Of a stretch of 64,000 bases of DNA, positions 1-12,421 are shown piece after piece. The stretch lies in NCBI RefSeq assembly GCF_006345805.1, contig NC_043017.1, positions 23,436,001 through 23,500,000 of the forward strand. Direction: 5' to 3'. The stretch's first letter is position 1; every line of letters begins with the position of its first letter. Source of the stretch: Octopus sinensis. Lineage: Eukaryota. The position numbers were made by a program, and so were the translations under genes. Below the pieces are notes generated by a model. It was not told the DNA's origin. It saw only the letters and a list, made by a program, of their open reading frames with translations, and did no database searches.

Positions 1-100
1 GCATTCATACATTTAATTAAACCTTATGTCTAGACTGAAGAAATTATTCTTAAAGAAATTATGAAGTCTATTTCTTACAAGATGACAATAAATATTTTAC

Positions 101-172
101 CTTGGAGCATCCATAATATTGTTGCTGTATTCTTCAATTTGTTCAAGTATGGCACAATCATAGTCAGGTTGA
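101..172 (-). CDS. CASD1: CASD1 exon 6 (VNLTMIVPYLNKLKNTATILWMLQ-D); gene continues beyond the left edge
   Basis: Acceptor CTTGTTTTTAG|TC, donor CAAG|GTAAAA; 72 nt, phase 1/1. Matches MNITSIAPLLEKL...VYWVLQD. Confidence 0.92.
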
Positions 173-973
173 CTAAAAACAAGAAAGAAAATAGTTTTTT
201 AATGGTAGGGCTCTCTTTCTAAATAACTTTTATAGGTTAAATGTTACAGTTGTGGTACTCTAAAGGGGTAAAGATATTCAAACATTGTATTTAGGTGAAG
301 AGGAAAATAAAATCTTATAAGTCATGTTGGACTACAGGACTACATTATCTTCTTTTAAGACAGTAGGGTATGATTTGAAGGACACTAGCTTGGTACTTCT
401 AGCAAGTCAAGTAACCACATAGCTCTTTCCTCACTGTCTCAGTCATATGATAGGAGTAAAACAGTTGTTAAAACATAGGGTTTCAAGTTCAATACTTGGC
501 TGTAACTCCATGCTTTAAGAAATACAAAGGGGAAAAAAATGAAGTTTAGCTGGTATGAAAACCATGCAATCAATCAAGACCTACAATCAAATGTGTAGTT
601 CATATCTCCATAGAATAGTTGCTGTATTTATGGAATACTATAGAAAAGTTTCTGTGAAGAGCAACTGTTCTTGACACAACCAAACATTTGAAATCACCAT
701 CATCATTGGTTTTTAGCATCCACTTTTCCATGCTTGCATGGGTTGGATGGAGTTTATTGAGGCAGATTTTCTACAGCTGGATGCCTTTCCTGTCATCTAC
801 CCTCACCCATTTCCAAGCAAGGCAACATTTTCTCATCATCAGACATGTTTTCACAAAATATTGGAAATGAATGACATTCATTTACAATAAACACATGGTG
901 TCTCACACACACACACACACAAACAAACAAACACAAACACACGCACACACACAGGTTTCTTTCAGTTTCCACC

Positions 974-1192
974 ATCATCATCATCATCATTTAGCATCCG
1001 CTTTCCATGCTAGCATGGGTTGGACGGTGCAACTGGGGTCGGGGAAGCCAGAAGGCTGCACCAGGCCCAGTCTGATCTGGCAGTGTTTCTACAGCTGGAT
1101 GCCCTTCCTTACGCCAACCACTCCATGAGTGTAGTGGGTGCTTTTTACGTGCCACCGGCACAGGTGCCAGACAAGGCTGGCAAACGGCCGGC
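974..1192 (-). mobile_element. RTE-tail element (family R), inserted in a family A remnant
   Basis: (CAT)n-TTAGCATCCGCTTTCCATGCTAGCATGGG...GTGCTTTTTACGTGCCAC; family A halves on either side. Confidence 0.85.
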
Positions 1193-1566
1193 TTGACCAA
1201 ATCCACTCACTAGGCTATGGCCAACTTGGAGCTATAGAAGACACTTGTTGAAGATAAACACAGTGAGACAGAACCCGAAACTATGTGGTTGGGAAGTAAA
1301 CCTCTTAACTGTTTTTCTATATCAGTAACATAGGTAATAGATAACACTTCATTTTCAAACTATTTAAGCAAGTATCTTTACTGCTGAGTAGTTTATCTTC
1401 CACCAAACACTAAATCAGAAAGTAGTAAGATATATTGAAGCAATGGTGATGCTAGGCGTGCTACTGAAATATAAAATATACTGGTTATAGAAAAGGTTTG
1501 AACTTCTGGTTGTAATTTGGTGACAAATACTGTATCTTTATTCCATACCTCATGTATATCACACAA

Positions 1567-1949
1567 GTGGAGGCGCAATGGCCCAGTGGTTAGGGTAGCG
1601 GACTTGTGGTCGTAGAATTGCGGTTTCGATTCCCAGACCGGGCGTTGTGAGTGTTTATTGAGCAAAAACACCTAAAGCTCCACGAGGCTCCGGCAGGGAT
1701 GGTGGTGATCCCTGCTGTACTCTTTCACCACAACTTTCTCTCACTCTTTCTTCCTGTTTCTGTTGTACCTGTATTTCAAAGGGCCGGCCTTGTCACTCTC
1801 TGTGTCACGCTGAATATCCCCGAGAACTGCATTAAGGACACACGTGTCTGTGGAGTGCTCAGCCACTTACACGTTAATTTCACGAGCAGGCTGTTCCGTT
1901 GATCGGATCAACCGGAACCCTCGTCGTCGTAACCGACGGAGTGCTTCTA
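1567..1949 (+). mobile_element. tRNA-derived SINE (single copy in window) with 11-bp TSD
   Basis: A box TGGCCCAGTGG; B-box-like GGTTTCGATTCCC; TSD ATATCACACAA at 1556-1566 and 1950-1960. Confidence 0.85.
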
Positions 1950-2016
1950 ATATCACACAAACATTGTATAGACAGCAAGTCTAGCAAGGTGAAATACAGT
2001 ATAGGGTTGGACTAAC

Positions 2017-2068
2017 CTTCAAAATTCTTTAGAGCTTGTTCACTAGCATTATTTAGCTTTATACTCCA
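2017..2068 (-). CDS. CASD1: CASD1 exon 5 (WSIKLNNASEQALKNFE)
   Basis: Acceptor TTATTTTCCAG|TGG, donor GAAG|GTTAGT; 52 nt. Matches WSIKIHNGSSEAL. Confidence 0.92.
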
Positions 2069-2745
2069 CTGGAAAATAAGAAATAAAAAGGTTCATACAA
2101 CAATTACACAAAATAATTAAATAAAGACAAACAAAGTAAAGTGCTATGAGAGCTTTTTTCTATCATATGCAATATTTTTTTTTACAAAGTATCAGAAAAT
2201 ATGTAAAGGATTATACAAAAGAGATAAATGAAGTCAAAATTACACTCAATCATTTGTGGGAAGAAGAATAACAACAGTTTCAGAATTGTGCTGGTTTGTT
2301 TGGCCAGTGGTTTTGATTTAAGATCATGTGTTAAAAGTGAAACAATTGCACTGAAGCAGTGTTATGAAAGGGGGAGGGGGAGGGAGAGAGGGTGAAGGAG
2401 AGAGGGTGAAGGAGAGAGGGGGGAGGGAGATAGAGCGCACGCGCGTGTGTGTGTGTGTTATTCAATGGCTGGGACAGTCTTTTCAAGAATTTATATAATT
2501 AAACAATGTAACTAATAGTTTTATAAGAATTTGAGTTTGGGTTTGTGTGACATATTGCAGTGTCTTGAAGAAATCCAATATTGTAATGTCTGGAGAGGAA
2601 TGTTAGTTTCTGAAAAGGTCACTCTTCACACACTCCAAGCTATAGTTATTTCAAGTCTCCTATTCATAGAAGGTGAATATTTCAATGTGGTGTCAACAAG
2701 AAATAGAAAAACATCACTGGTTTTCTACTTCCAGATGTCGTTGTT

Positions 2746-3050
2746 CTATACTATATCTTCTATATCTATACTATATCTATATCTATACTATATCTATATC
2801 TATACTATATCTATATCTATACTATATCTATATCTATATTATATCTATATACTATATCTATACTATATCTATATACTATATACTATATCTATACTATATC
2901 TATATCTATACTATATACTATATCTATACTACATCTATATCTATACTACATCTATATCTATACTATATCTATACTATATCTATATCTATACTATATCTAT
3001 ATACTATATCTATATCTATACTATATCTATACTATATCTTCTATACTATA
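2746..3050. repeat. Compound (CTATAT/CTATA)n microsatellite
   Basis: Visible directly; produces the spurious ORFs 2531-3181 and 2673-3131. Confidence 0.95.
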
Positions 3051-3320
3051 TCTTCATCTCCACTGAGAAAGCTACACTGTTGTTGTTCTTCTTCTTGTAT
3101 AGTATATTTATCTTCTTTTCCACTCTACTAAGAGTGCTTCAGCCAACCAAGGAAACCTTTGCACGGTTACTTGGCTGCTAGAAATAGCAACTAAATCTCC
3201 TTCGGATCCCATCCTACTACTGAAAAGTTAATTAGTTATTTAGTTAAAATGCTAAAACATAAATGAGAAGCACCACCAAATAGGTACAAAGTTAGGAAGA
3301 GAAGAAATTCTATTACTCAC

Positions 3321-3431
3321 CGTTCCACTGCCGGTAACAATGAGATTTGGACGTGCAGTTGGGCCACTCATAAGCCAGGACTTGTATACATAGTACATCG
3401 ATGTGTTAACCATTGGTTGCCAAAGAAAGTC
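3321..3431 (-). CDS. CASD1: CASD1 exon 4 (DFLWQPMVNTSMYYVYKSWLMSGPTARPNLIVTGSGT)
   Basis: Acceptor TTATTTGCAG|GAC, donor ACG|GTGAGT; 111 nt, phase 0/0. Matches DFLWHPEVN...KPHVIVAGAAT. Confidence 0.94.
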
Positions 3432-3618
3432 CTGCAAATAAATTATGTATTGATATTGTAAAGAAACCTGTCAACAGTTAAAAGATAGAATAGACACTTT
3501 TTAGTTGTCTTAATGTTCAACTTCCTTTGTGTGATGATGATGCTCATTTACAACCATTATGACAAGACAAGGCTACACACACACACCCACACACAAATAC
3601 ATACACACATACATGTAT

Positions 3619-3990
3619 GGCGCAGGAGTGGCTGTGTGGTAAGTAGCTTGTTCACCAACCACATGGTTCTGTGTTAAGTCCCACTGCATGGCACCTAGGA
3701 CCGACCACAAAGCCTTGTGAGTGGATTTGGTAGACGGAAACTGAAAGAAGCCCGTCGTATATATGTATATATATATGCATGTGTGTGTTTGTGTGTCTGT
3801 GTTTGTCCCCCTAGCATTGCTTGACAACTGATGCTGGTGTGTTTATGTCCCCGTCACTTAGCGGTTCGGCAAAAGAGACCGATAGAATAAGTACTGGGCT
3901 TACAAAAGAATAAGTCCCGGGGTCGAGTTGCTCGATTAAAGGCGGTGCTCCAGCATGGCCACAGTCAAATGACTGAAACAATTAAAAGAG
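3619..3990 (+). mobile_element. SINE family A, full length (tRNA head GGCGCAGGAGTGGCTGTGTGG, central TA/TG microsatellite, AAAAGAG tail)
   Basis: A box TGGCTGTGTGG; B-box-like element; CCTTGGGCAAGT-like motif; closely similar to more than 10 other copies in the window. Confidence 0.9.
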
Positions 3991-4249
3991 TATACATAAT
4001 CACAACAGGTTTCTCTCAGAGTTCATCTATCAAATCTACTCACAAGGCTTTGTTCAACCCAGGGCTACAGTAGAACACACCTACTACAGTGCGACTGAAA
4101 CTGAGACCATACAGTTGGGAAGCAAGCTTCTTAACCTCCCAGCTATGCCTGCACCATGACATCTTCATCAGTAAAACTCCAATATGAGATTTATATCATC
4201 AACGACTAAATTAAGACAATAAAAAGAAGAAAAAAAAGAAGCTACTCAC

Positions 4250-4436
4250 AACTCTGGCGCTAATCTGATCATCATCATAATGCAGGTCGTTGTGCACTTT
4301 CCTTTCTGGTATGTCAGTTGTACTCACCAACTTCATAAACTCAAAATAGAGCTGCCTTATACGAGAATCGCCAACGAAAGCTATGTGATTCCGTCCTCCC
4401 CAGTATGATATGTAATGCATACACATTCGGACATCT
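4250..4436 (-). CDS. CASD1: CASD1 exon 3 with catalytic GDS motif (DVRMCMHYISYWGGRNHIAFVGDSRIRQLYFEF...ISARV)
   Basis: Acceptor TTTGTTTCCAG|A, donor GTT|GTGAGT; 187 nt. HIAFVGDSRIRQL is the CASD1 signature. Confidence 0.96.
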
Positions 4437-5087
4437 CTGGAAACAAAACGAAATAAACAGGTAAATAAATAATTCAAGGTAGAAACATGTTGATTGATTA
4501 ACAAGGATTGAGATATAATACAATCATCAGCTAAAGGTCAGCATCAAATTTAATAGATAATCATATGAGAGAGTGGCAGTAAGAGAAAGTGTGAGAGTGA
4601 GAGAGAGAAAGAAAGAGAGTGTGTGTGTGTATGAGTATGCGCTTTACTGTGATCATCATTTAACATCTGCCACCTATGCTATGCTGGCATGGGTTGGATG
4701 TTTCAAGGGAAGCTGACAAGTCAGAAGACTATGTCAAGCACCAATGTATGCTTCATCATCATCATCATCACTTAAGCATAAAGTATGAACAAACAAGTAG
4801 AAGAATAATATAGATTTAGTTTAATAAAAGAAAAATTCTTTTCACTATCAACACACCACCACTGCTACCATCATCATCACTATAGTTTTCAGTAACAAAA
4901 CTCAGTTCAGTTCGGTTGTTTGTTTATATCTACTTTTTCTCACTGTCACTGTATCTCTACTCTGGCAATACAGTAATCCCTCAACTATCGCAGGTGCTAC
5001 ATTCCCAAACCTCCCACGATAGGTGAAAATCTGTCAAGTAGAAACAGTACTGGAAATATATATTTTTTTATCATTTTTATAATTTAC

Positions 5088-5470
5088 TTACTTTTTACTT
5101 GTTTCAGTCATGTGACTGTGGCCATGTTGGGGCACCGCCTTTAGTCGAGCAAATCGACCCCAGGACTTATTCTTTGTAAGCCAAGTACTTATTCTATCGG
5201 TCTCTTTTGCCGAACCGCTAAGTTACGGAGACGTAAACAAACCAGCATCAGTTGTCAAGCGATGTTGAGGTGACAAATGCAGACACATGAACATATACAC
5301 ATATATATGACGGGCTTCTTTCAGTTTCCGTCTACCAAATCCACTCACAAGGCTTTGGTTGGCCCGAGGCTATAGTAGAAGACACTTGCCCAAGGTGCCA
5401 TGCAGTGGGACTGAACCTGGAATCATGTGGTTGGTAAACAAGCTACTTACCACACAGCCACTCCTACGCC
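5088..5470 (-). mobile_element. SINE family A, full length
   Basis: Reverse complement of the 3619-3990 copy. Confidence 0.9.
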
Positions 5471-7759
5471 TATTTGTATATATTTATTTTATTATAAATG
5501 CAAAACAATACCACTCACTTGCCTCCCAAGTGTCATTTTCCATACAGTATGTGCCATTCTTTGTTTACTCATCTACGGTACACTACGTATCTTCTTTTAA
5601 TATATTTTAATTAATGTGTTATATAGTGCAGTACTATACTCTATTTCTATTTATAAATTTTTAGGCAGGCAAATGCTTATTTTACCACAGAAATAATTAA
5701 AATCTAAACAAATATAAGTATCTATTGGCCACAGAAACCCACGATATACTGAGGAGTCCTCAATATGAATTTACATATATCAGCCAGAAAAATCTGCAAT
5801 GTACTGGGTGTGTGACAGGTGAACCGTGATATGGCATGGGATTACTGTACAGATATTATCTGCCTCTCCTATCTATCTCTATATGCCTTTCTTTAACCTT
5901 ATCACCACAACATCACCCTCTGCTAAATATAGTATCTTAAACATATCTCTTTCTCTTTACCTTTCCCTCCCCATCCTACAGCACATCATTAACACTTCTT
6001 CCCCCCGCTTTTCTCTCACTGTCTTTTTCTCTTGCTCTTCTCCTCTCCCTTCAATTAACCACATGATGCATTTGACTTTAGTGTATTATTATATTCCTCT
6101 CTTCTTTTTTCATTATTCACATTCCTCCCACTTTTTCTCTCTCACTTATACTCCACTTCCACTGCTCTAACTAACTAAAGTATAATGGGTGAATGAATAT
6201 GCAGATTATTATAGAGATATACAGAGTGTTCAGGATAAATTTGACAATTTCTTTGTCTCCTCTTTTTCAAGATCAGCATGAACAAACAATAGCATTCGAG
6301 AGCATAAAGATTAAAGTCGTAGTTGAGAAAAAGTTAGCTGACATGGAGGACTGAAAAATTGGAAAAGGGTTACTTGTATCATGATGATTCATACCAAGCC
6401 TCAAAATGCTGACATCATAACTGCTGCTCAATACTAATGTTGTTATTTCTTGTTTAGCCCTAAACCAGCCCTAATCAATCAAAGGTCACCCACCTGTAAT
6501 CATCCAGTACTTTTTACACCCCACCCCTCCGGTTAAAAAAAAATTTTTTTATACATTAAGCAACTACATTATCCAATATATCCTTGCTTGTTTAAAACAG
6601 TAAGGAATAATTTTAGAAATATTTGGCTGCTACTGCTAACAGGTCAAATAACGACATACAAGTTTGTTTGGTGGCTCAAGTAGTAGCAATAATATGTGCT
6701 TAAAAAGAAAAACAATGGTTTCCATAATAGGTTTTAAGTGCTACATGTGTTTCAGTAAATATTATTTTTTTTAAATAAAACTCTTCATAAACCAGTCAAG
6801 TGGATGACCTCAACTTGACAGAGGATAGAATTTCTATTGTTAATGAATCATTAAAAATGCTACAAAGTGAATATACATTGAGATATACAAGTACTTCATC
6901 TCATTATCACTTAACACAGGAATTCAACAAATGGCAAAAATATAAATAATAATAATCCTTTCTATCATAGGCACAAGGCCTGAAATTTGGGGAAAGGGTC
7001 CTGTCAATTACATCAACCCCAGTACTTGACTGGTACTTATTGTATCAAGCATGAATGGATGAAAGGCAGAGGTTGACCCCAGTGGCATTTGAACTCGGAA
7101 CATAAAGCCAAAAGAAATGCCACGAAGCATTTTGTCTAGCATGCTAATGATTCTGCCAGCTTGCCATCTTAACAGTCATAATAAGAATCCTTTCTATTAT
7201 AGGTATAGGGGCGAAGAGTGATTACATTGACCCTAGTGTTTAACTGGTACCTTATTTTACTGACCCTGAGAAGATGAAAGACAAAGTCGACTTGTGCAGA
7301 ATCTGAACTCAGAACATAAAAACAGACAAAATGTTAATAATTCTGCCAACTTGCCACTATAATAATAATGATAATAAAAAAAACATTCAGGACAATACAA
7401 AGGGCAGTGAGGATTTACATAAAAATGTATAAACAACAAAAATCAATGGCAATCAATAAAAAAATTCTAACAACAAAATTCTCCAATGGTGGGAAAACAC
7501 CACTCAGGGGGCAACCAAAGAACCCCACAGATCCCAAGCCATCCAACTCTCTGGGAGTACCATGACAAGTGCTCCTCTCTCCTCCATCATGGTCCTTATT
7601 AAAAACACTAAACAAATCAGGAAAAATTTCTTGAGGCTAAAATCTTTACAATGCTGTGCACGATTGGGGTTATGGTGTAGAATGTTCAACAGAGGAGGAT
7701 TTGTATCAAAAAATATATTATATGATGGTATAATAAATATTAGTTAGAGCTTTACTTAA

Positions 7760-7978
7760 CCCTTTAGTGTTCAGATTATTCTATCAAACATAATGCTTAT
7801 TGATTCTCATTGATTTGAATTAATCATGCATTATCTCATATCTTCAAGATCTTGATGGTGTAATTACTTAATGTAGAATAACATTGTAGGGTAGGTGCGA
7901 GAGCCTGGATCTGGTCAGTTTGAACATAAAACAGATTAACTATCTTGGCCAGATATGGCCGGTTTAAATACTAAAGGG
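7760..7978. mobile_element. piggyBac-type MITE, family P1
   Basis: TTAA|CCCTTTAGT...ACTAAAGGG|TTAA; 219 bp. Confidence 0.88.
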
Positions 7979-8312
7979 TTAAATAGAATCTTTCCTATCT
8001 TTTCTATGTAATGAAATGAATAGCGGGATTAGCAATTCCTTTCAATAACAATGTCATGGTGGGATTTCAAAACTATTTATTGATGTAATTTGCAACACAT
8101 TTCATATACACGTTGAATAAGACTGCAGTATCACAGATGCATCGAAGGCAACAAATGGAAGCCACACTGAACTGTATGTAAACTGTATGTAAATTTTATT
8201 AGTTGGTCGCTTATTCAACATGAATATAAAATGTGCAGCTTTGCAATTTGCATCAACAAATCATTTTGAAATCCTCCATTACTTTACGGACAAACTGTGT
8301 GTGTGTGTGTAT

Positions 8313-8719
8313 CTCTTTTTCTCTTTTTACTTGTTTCAGTCATTTTGACTGTGGCCACGCTGGTGCACCGCCTTTAATCGAGCAACTCGACCCCAGGACT
8401 TATTCTTTGTAAGCCCAGTACCTATTCTATCGGTCTCTTTTGCCGAACCGCTAAGTGACGGGGACATAAACACACCAGCATCGGTTGTCAAGCAATGCTA
8501 GGGGGACAAACACAGACACACAAACATACATGCACATACATATACATACATATATACGACAGGCTTCTTTCAGTTTCCGTCTACCAAATCCACTGACAAG
8601 GCTTTGGTCGGCCCGATGCTATAGTAGAAGACACTTGCCCAAGGTGCCATGCAGTGGGACTGAACCCGGAACCATGTGGTTGGTAAACAAGCTACTTACC
8701 ACACAGCCACTCCTGCGCC
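8313..8719 (-). mobile_element. SINE family A, full length
   Basis: Same consensus. Confidence 0.9.
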
Positions 8720-8782
8720 TGTATATGTATATGTACAGAGGAACATTTATTTGTAATCACTACAATTGTTTCTATGCAATGT

Positions 8783-8990
8783 CATCATCATTCTTCGACC
8801 AACTTAGGTTGGTCGGAACTCCATTGACAATCCCATTCCACACTATATGGTCCTGCATTGCTGTTTTCAGATCTCCAATATCCAGCACCGAGTCCCGAGA
8901 TACAGTATCTGGAAATGTCAGTTTCCTGGAGAAAACACTCCCAGACGGATGCCGCAGGCATTTGGTTATGTAACTGTTTCCGTGCATTGT
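8783..8990 (-). mobile_element. 3' end of an RTE/RTE-X-like LINE
   Basis: KLTFPDTVSRDSVLDIGDLKTAMQDHIVW resembles the RTE C-terminal LTY.D.L..D.G...L..AM.DR..W; short (GAT)n tail. Confidence 0.6.
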
Positions 8991-9121
8991 GAGATCTTGT
9001 GTTTCATCAGGTGATATATAAATATTGTGATGCAAATCTAGCAATAGGTATAATACTACTACTGTTGGTGGACTGTACTTTACTACATTCTTAACAGAAT
9101 ATAACCTAACTTGATATATAT

Positions 9122-9540
9122 ATCATCATCATCATCGTTTAACGTCCGCTTTCCATGCTAGCATGGGTTGGACAGTTCAACTGGAGTCTGGGAAGCCAGA
9201 AGGCTGCACCAGGCCCAGTCTGATCTGGCAGTGTTTCTACAGCTGGATGCCCTTCCTAACGCCAACCACTCCATGAGTGTAGTGGGTGCTTTTTACGTGC
9301 CACCGGCACAGGTGCCAGATGAATCTGGCAAACGGCCACGATCAGATGGTGCTTTTTACGTACCACCGGCATGGAGACCAGACGAGGCTGGCAACGGCCA
9401 CGATCGGATGGTGCTTTTTACGTGCCACCTGCACAGAGGCCAGTCAGAGCGGTGCTGGCTATGGCCACGTTCATATGGTTCTCTTACATGCCACCGGCAC
9501 TGGTATCACAGCTACAAATTCCATTGATGTTGATCGATTA
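9122..9540 (-). mobile_element. RTE-tail element (family R) with internal ~55-bp repeats
   Basis: Same consensus; flanked by GATATATATA on both sides. Confidence 0.88.
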
Positions 9541-9765
9541 CGATATATATATATATAAACATACAGACATGCTTAGTAAAACAAGGATATAATATCTAGT
9601 TTTCACTATTTTGTAAAAAGTGCCTCCTTAGAAGCAAGAAACTTTTTAAGAAACTGTGCTTTAGCTCCAGCTCCAATTTCAGTCAATTCAAAACAGAAAG
9701 GCAGACAAAATGCCACTAAGCCTTTTGCCCAGCATTGCTAATGATTCTGCCAGCTCACTGCCTCA

Positions 9766-9825
9766 ATAATAATAATAATATAATAATAATAACAATAATA
9801 ACAATAATAATAATAATAATAACAC

Positions 9826-9856
<31 letters not shown>
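9766..9856. repeat. (AAT)n/(AAC)n microsatellite
   Basis: Visible directly. Confidence 0.95.
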
Positions 9857-10159
9857 CAGAAGCCACCACATTTTCCAAAACAAAAAGACAGTTTAGTTAA
9901 GTATGAAATCATTAATTAGCCAAAGTTTAGAAATCATTTCTCAGATGCCTCCTAATTAACAGTTGATGAGGAGCAATGTATCTGTTTGCTGTATATAATT
10001 ATAATTAGCATGTCAAGAGAAATATGTGTGAGGTAATTTAACAAGCAATGAAATGTGAACAGGAAATCAGATAAAAATCATTTTCCAGATTCCTCCCACC
10101 CCTGTCGGACCCATTACCTTTTAATAAGAAATTGCTTGTGGCAAGTGTGCAGACGCTAT

Positions 10160-11200
<1,041 letters not shown>

Positions 11201-11302
11201 TAAGGTAATGTAAAAGGCAATAACCATTAAAATTGCTAATAATAATGAGAAATAATGATGCAGTAAGGAAAAATGACTGATATTGTTTTTATTATTATTA
11301 CT

Positions 11303-11735
11303 CTTTTACTCTCTCTCTTTTTACTCTCTTTTACTTGTTTCAGTCATTTGACTGCGGCCATGCTGGAGCACCTGCCTTTAAGTCGAGCAAATAAATCGAC
11401 CCACCCCGGGACTTATTCTTTTTGTAAGCCCAGTACTTATTCTATCGGTCTCTTTTTGCCGAACCGCTAAGTGACAGGGACGTAAACACACCAGCATCGG
11501 TTGTCAAGCAATGCTAGGGGGACAAGCACAGACACACAAACATATACACACACATACATATATATATATACATATATACGACGGGCTTCTTTCAGTTTCT
11601 GTCTACCAAATCCACACACAAGGCATTGGTCGGCCCGGGGCTATAGCAGAAGACACTTGCCCAAGATGCCACGCAGTGGGACTGAACCCGGAACCATGTG
11701 GTTGGTTAGCAAGCTACTTACCACACAGCCACTCT
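11303..11735 (-). mobile_element. SINE family A
   Basis: Same consensus; carries linked variants GCATTGG/CCCGGGG/TAGCAG/CAAGATG. Confidence 0.9.
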
Positions 11736-11910
11736 TGATTTTTTTTTTTTGATGTAATAAAATTCCCAGCGTGAAAGGCGGATAAATTGTGATAGAGAGA
11801 GGAAGCAAAACAAAAGTTGGAGGTCGTAGAAATGTCTTTTTTTTTTTTCCATTTACTTGTTTCAATCAGTGGACAGCAGCCATGCTGGAGCACTGCCTTG
11901 AAGGGTTTTG

Positions 11911-12314
11911 GGATCTTTTCGGTTTGAACGGCAGTTTTTAACATAATTTTAAACTTCGTATACTTGTAGAATGTGTTTATAAAACATATTTTTCTCTTGG
12001 CTTTATTGAGAAAATTCTATAGTTTGTAAGATATTTATTGTTGTTTTTTCTTCAATTTCTGCAATTTCAACCAATCAGTGACGTCTATTGAGTTAAAAAG
12101 CTTTCTGTGCCGTATGAATACGTCCCTCGTTTAAGAAACAGATTGGGTTTATTTACATTTGTGAAGAAAAAAAGATACCCTTCCCCCCACCCCTAACCAA
12201 CCCTAACCCTGAAACAGATTGAAATGCAATAGATCGATACTAGGGTCATAATTATGGGTGACAATTTCATATGACACCGCTAGAAAAAAACTGCCGTTCA
12301 AACCGAAAAGATCC
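11911..12314. mobile_element. Non-autonomous DNA transposon, Merlin-like (29-bp perfect TIRs, 8-bp TSD)
   Basis: TIR GGATCTTTTCGGTTTGAACGGCAGTTTTT; TSD GGGTTTTG at 11903-11910 and 12315-12322. Superfamily inferred from GG ends and 8-bp TSD. Confidence 0.8.
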
Positions 12315-12421
12315 GGGTTTTGGTTAAATAGGCCAATCCCAGTACTTCTTTTTTTAAATCTAGTACTTATTGCATCAGTTTCTTTTGCTGAAATGCTAAG
12401 TTACAAGGGAAGTAAACAAAC

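Noticed and set aside
1393-1466. Possible CASD1 exon 6 (VARLASPLLQYILLLSDLVF) after a good acceptor
   Set aside because: Weak resemblance, runs into a stop with no convincing donor; the true exon is 101-172.
1567-1640. tRNA gene calls for SINE heads (also families A and B)
   Set aside because: A/B boxes are present but each is fused to a SINE body, and I could not fold a complete cloverleaf.
2531-3181. 216-aa and 152-aa Tyr/Ile/Leu-rich ORFs
   Set aside because: Translations of the (CTATAT)n microsatellite, antisense within a CASD1 intron.
8485-8973. Recurrent MSSNARGTNTDTQT.../MLGGQTQT... ORFs at many loci
   Set aside because: Antisense frames of SINE family A, not a gene family.
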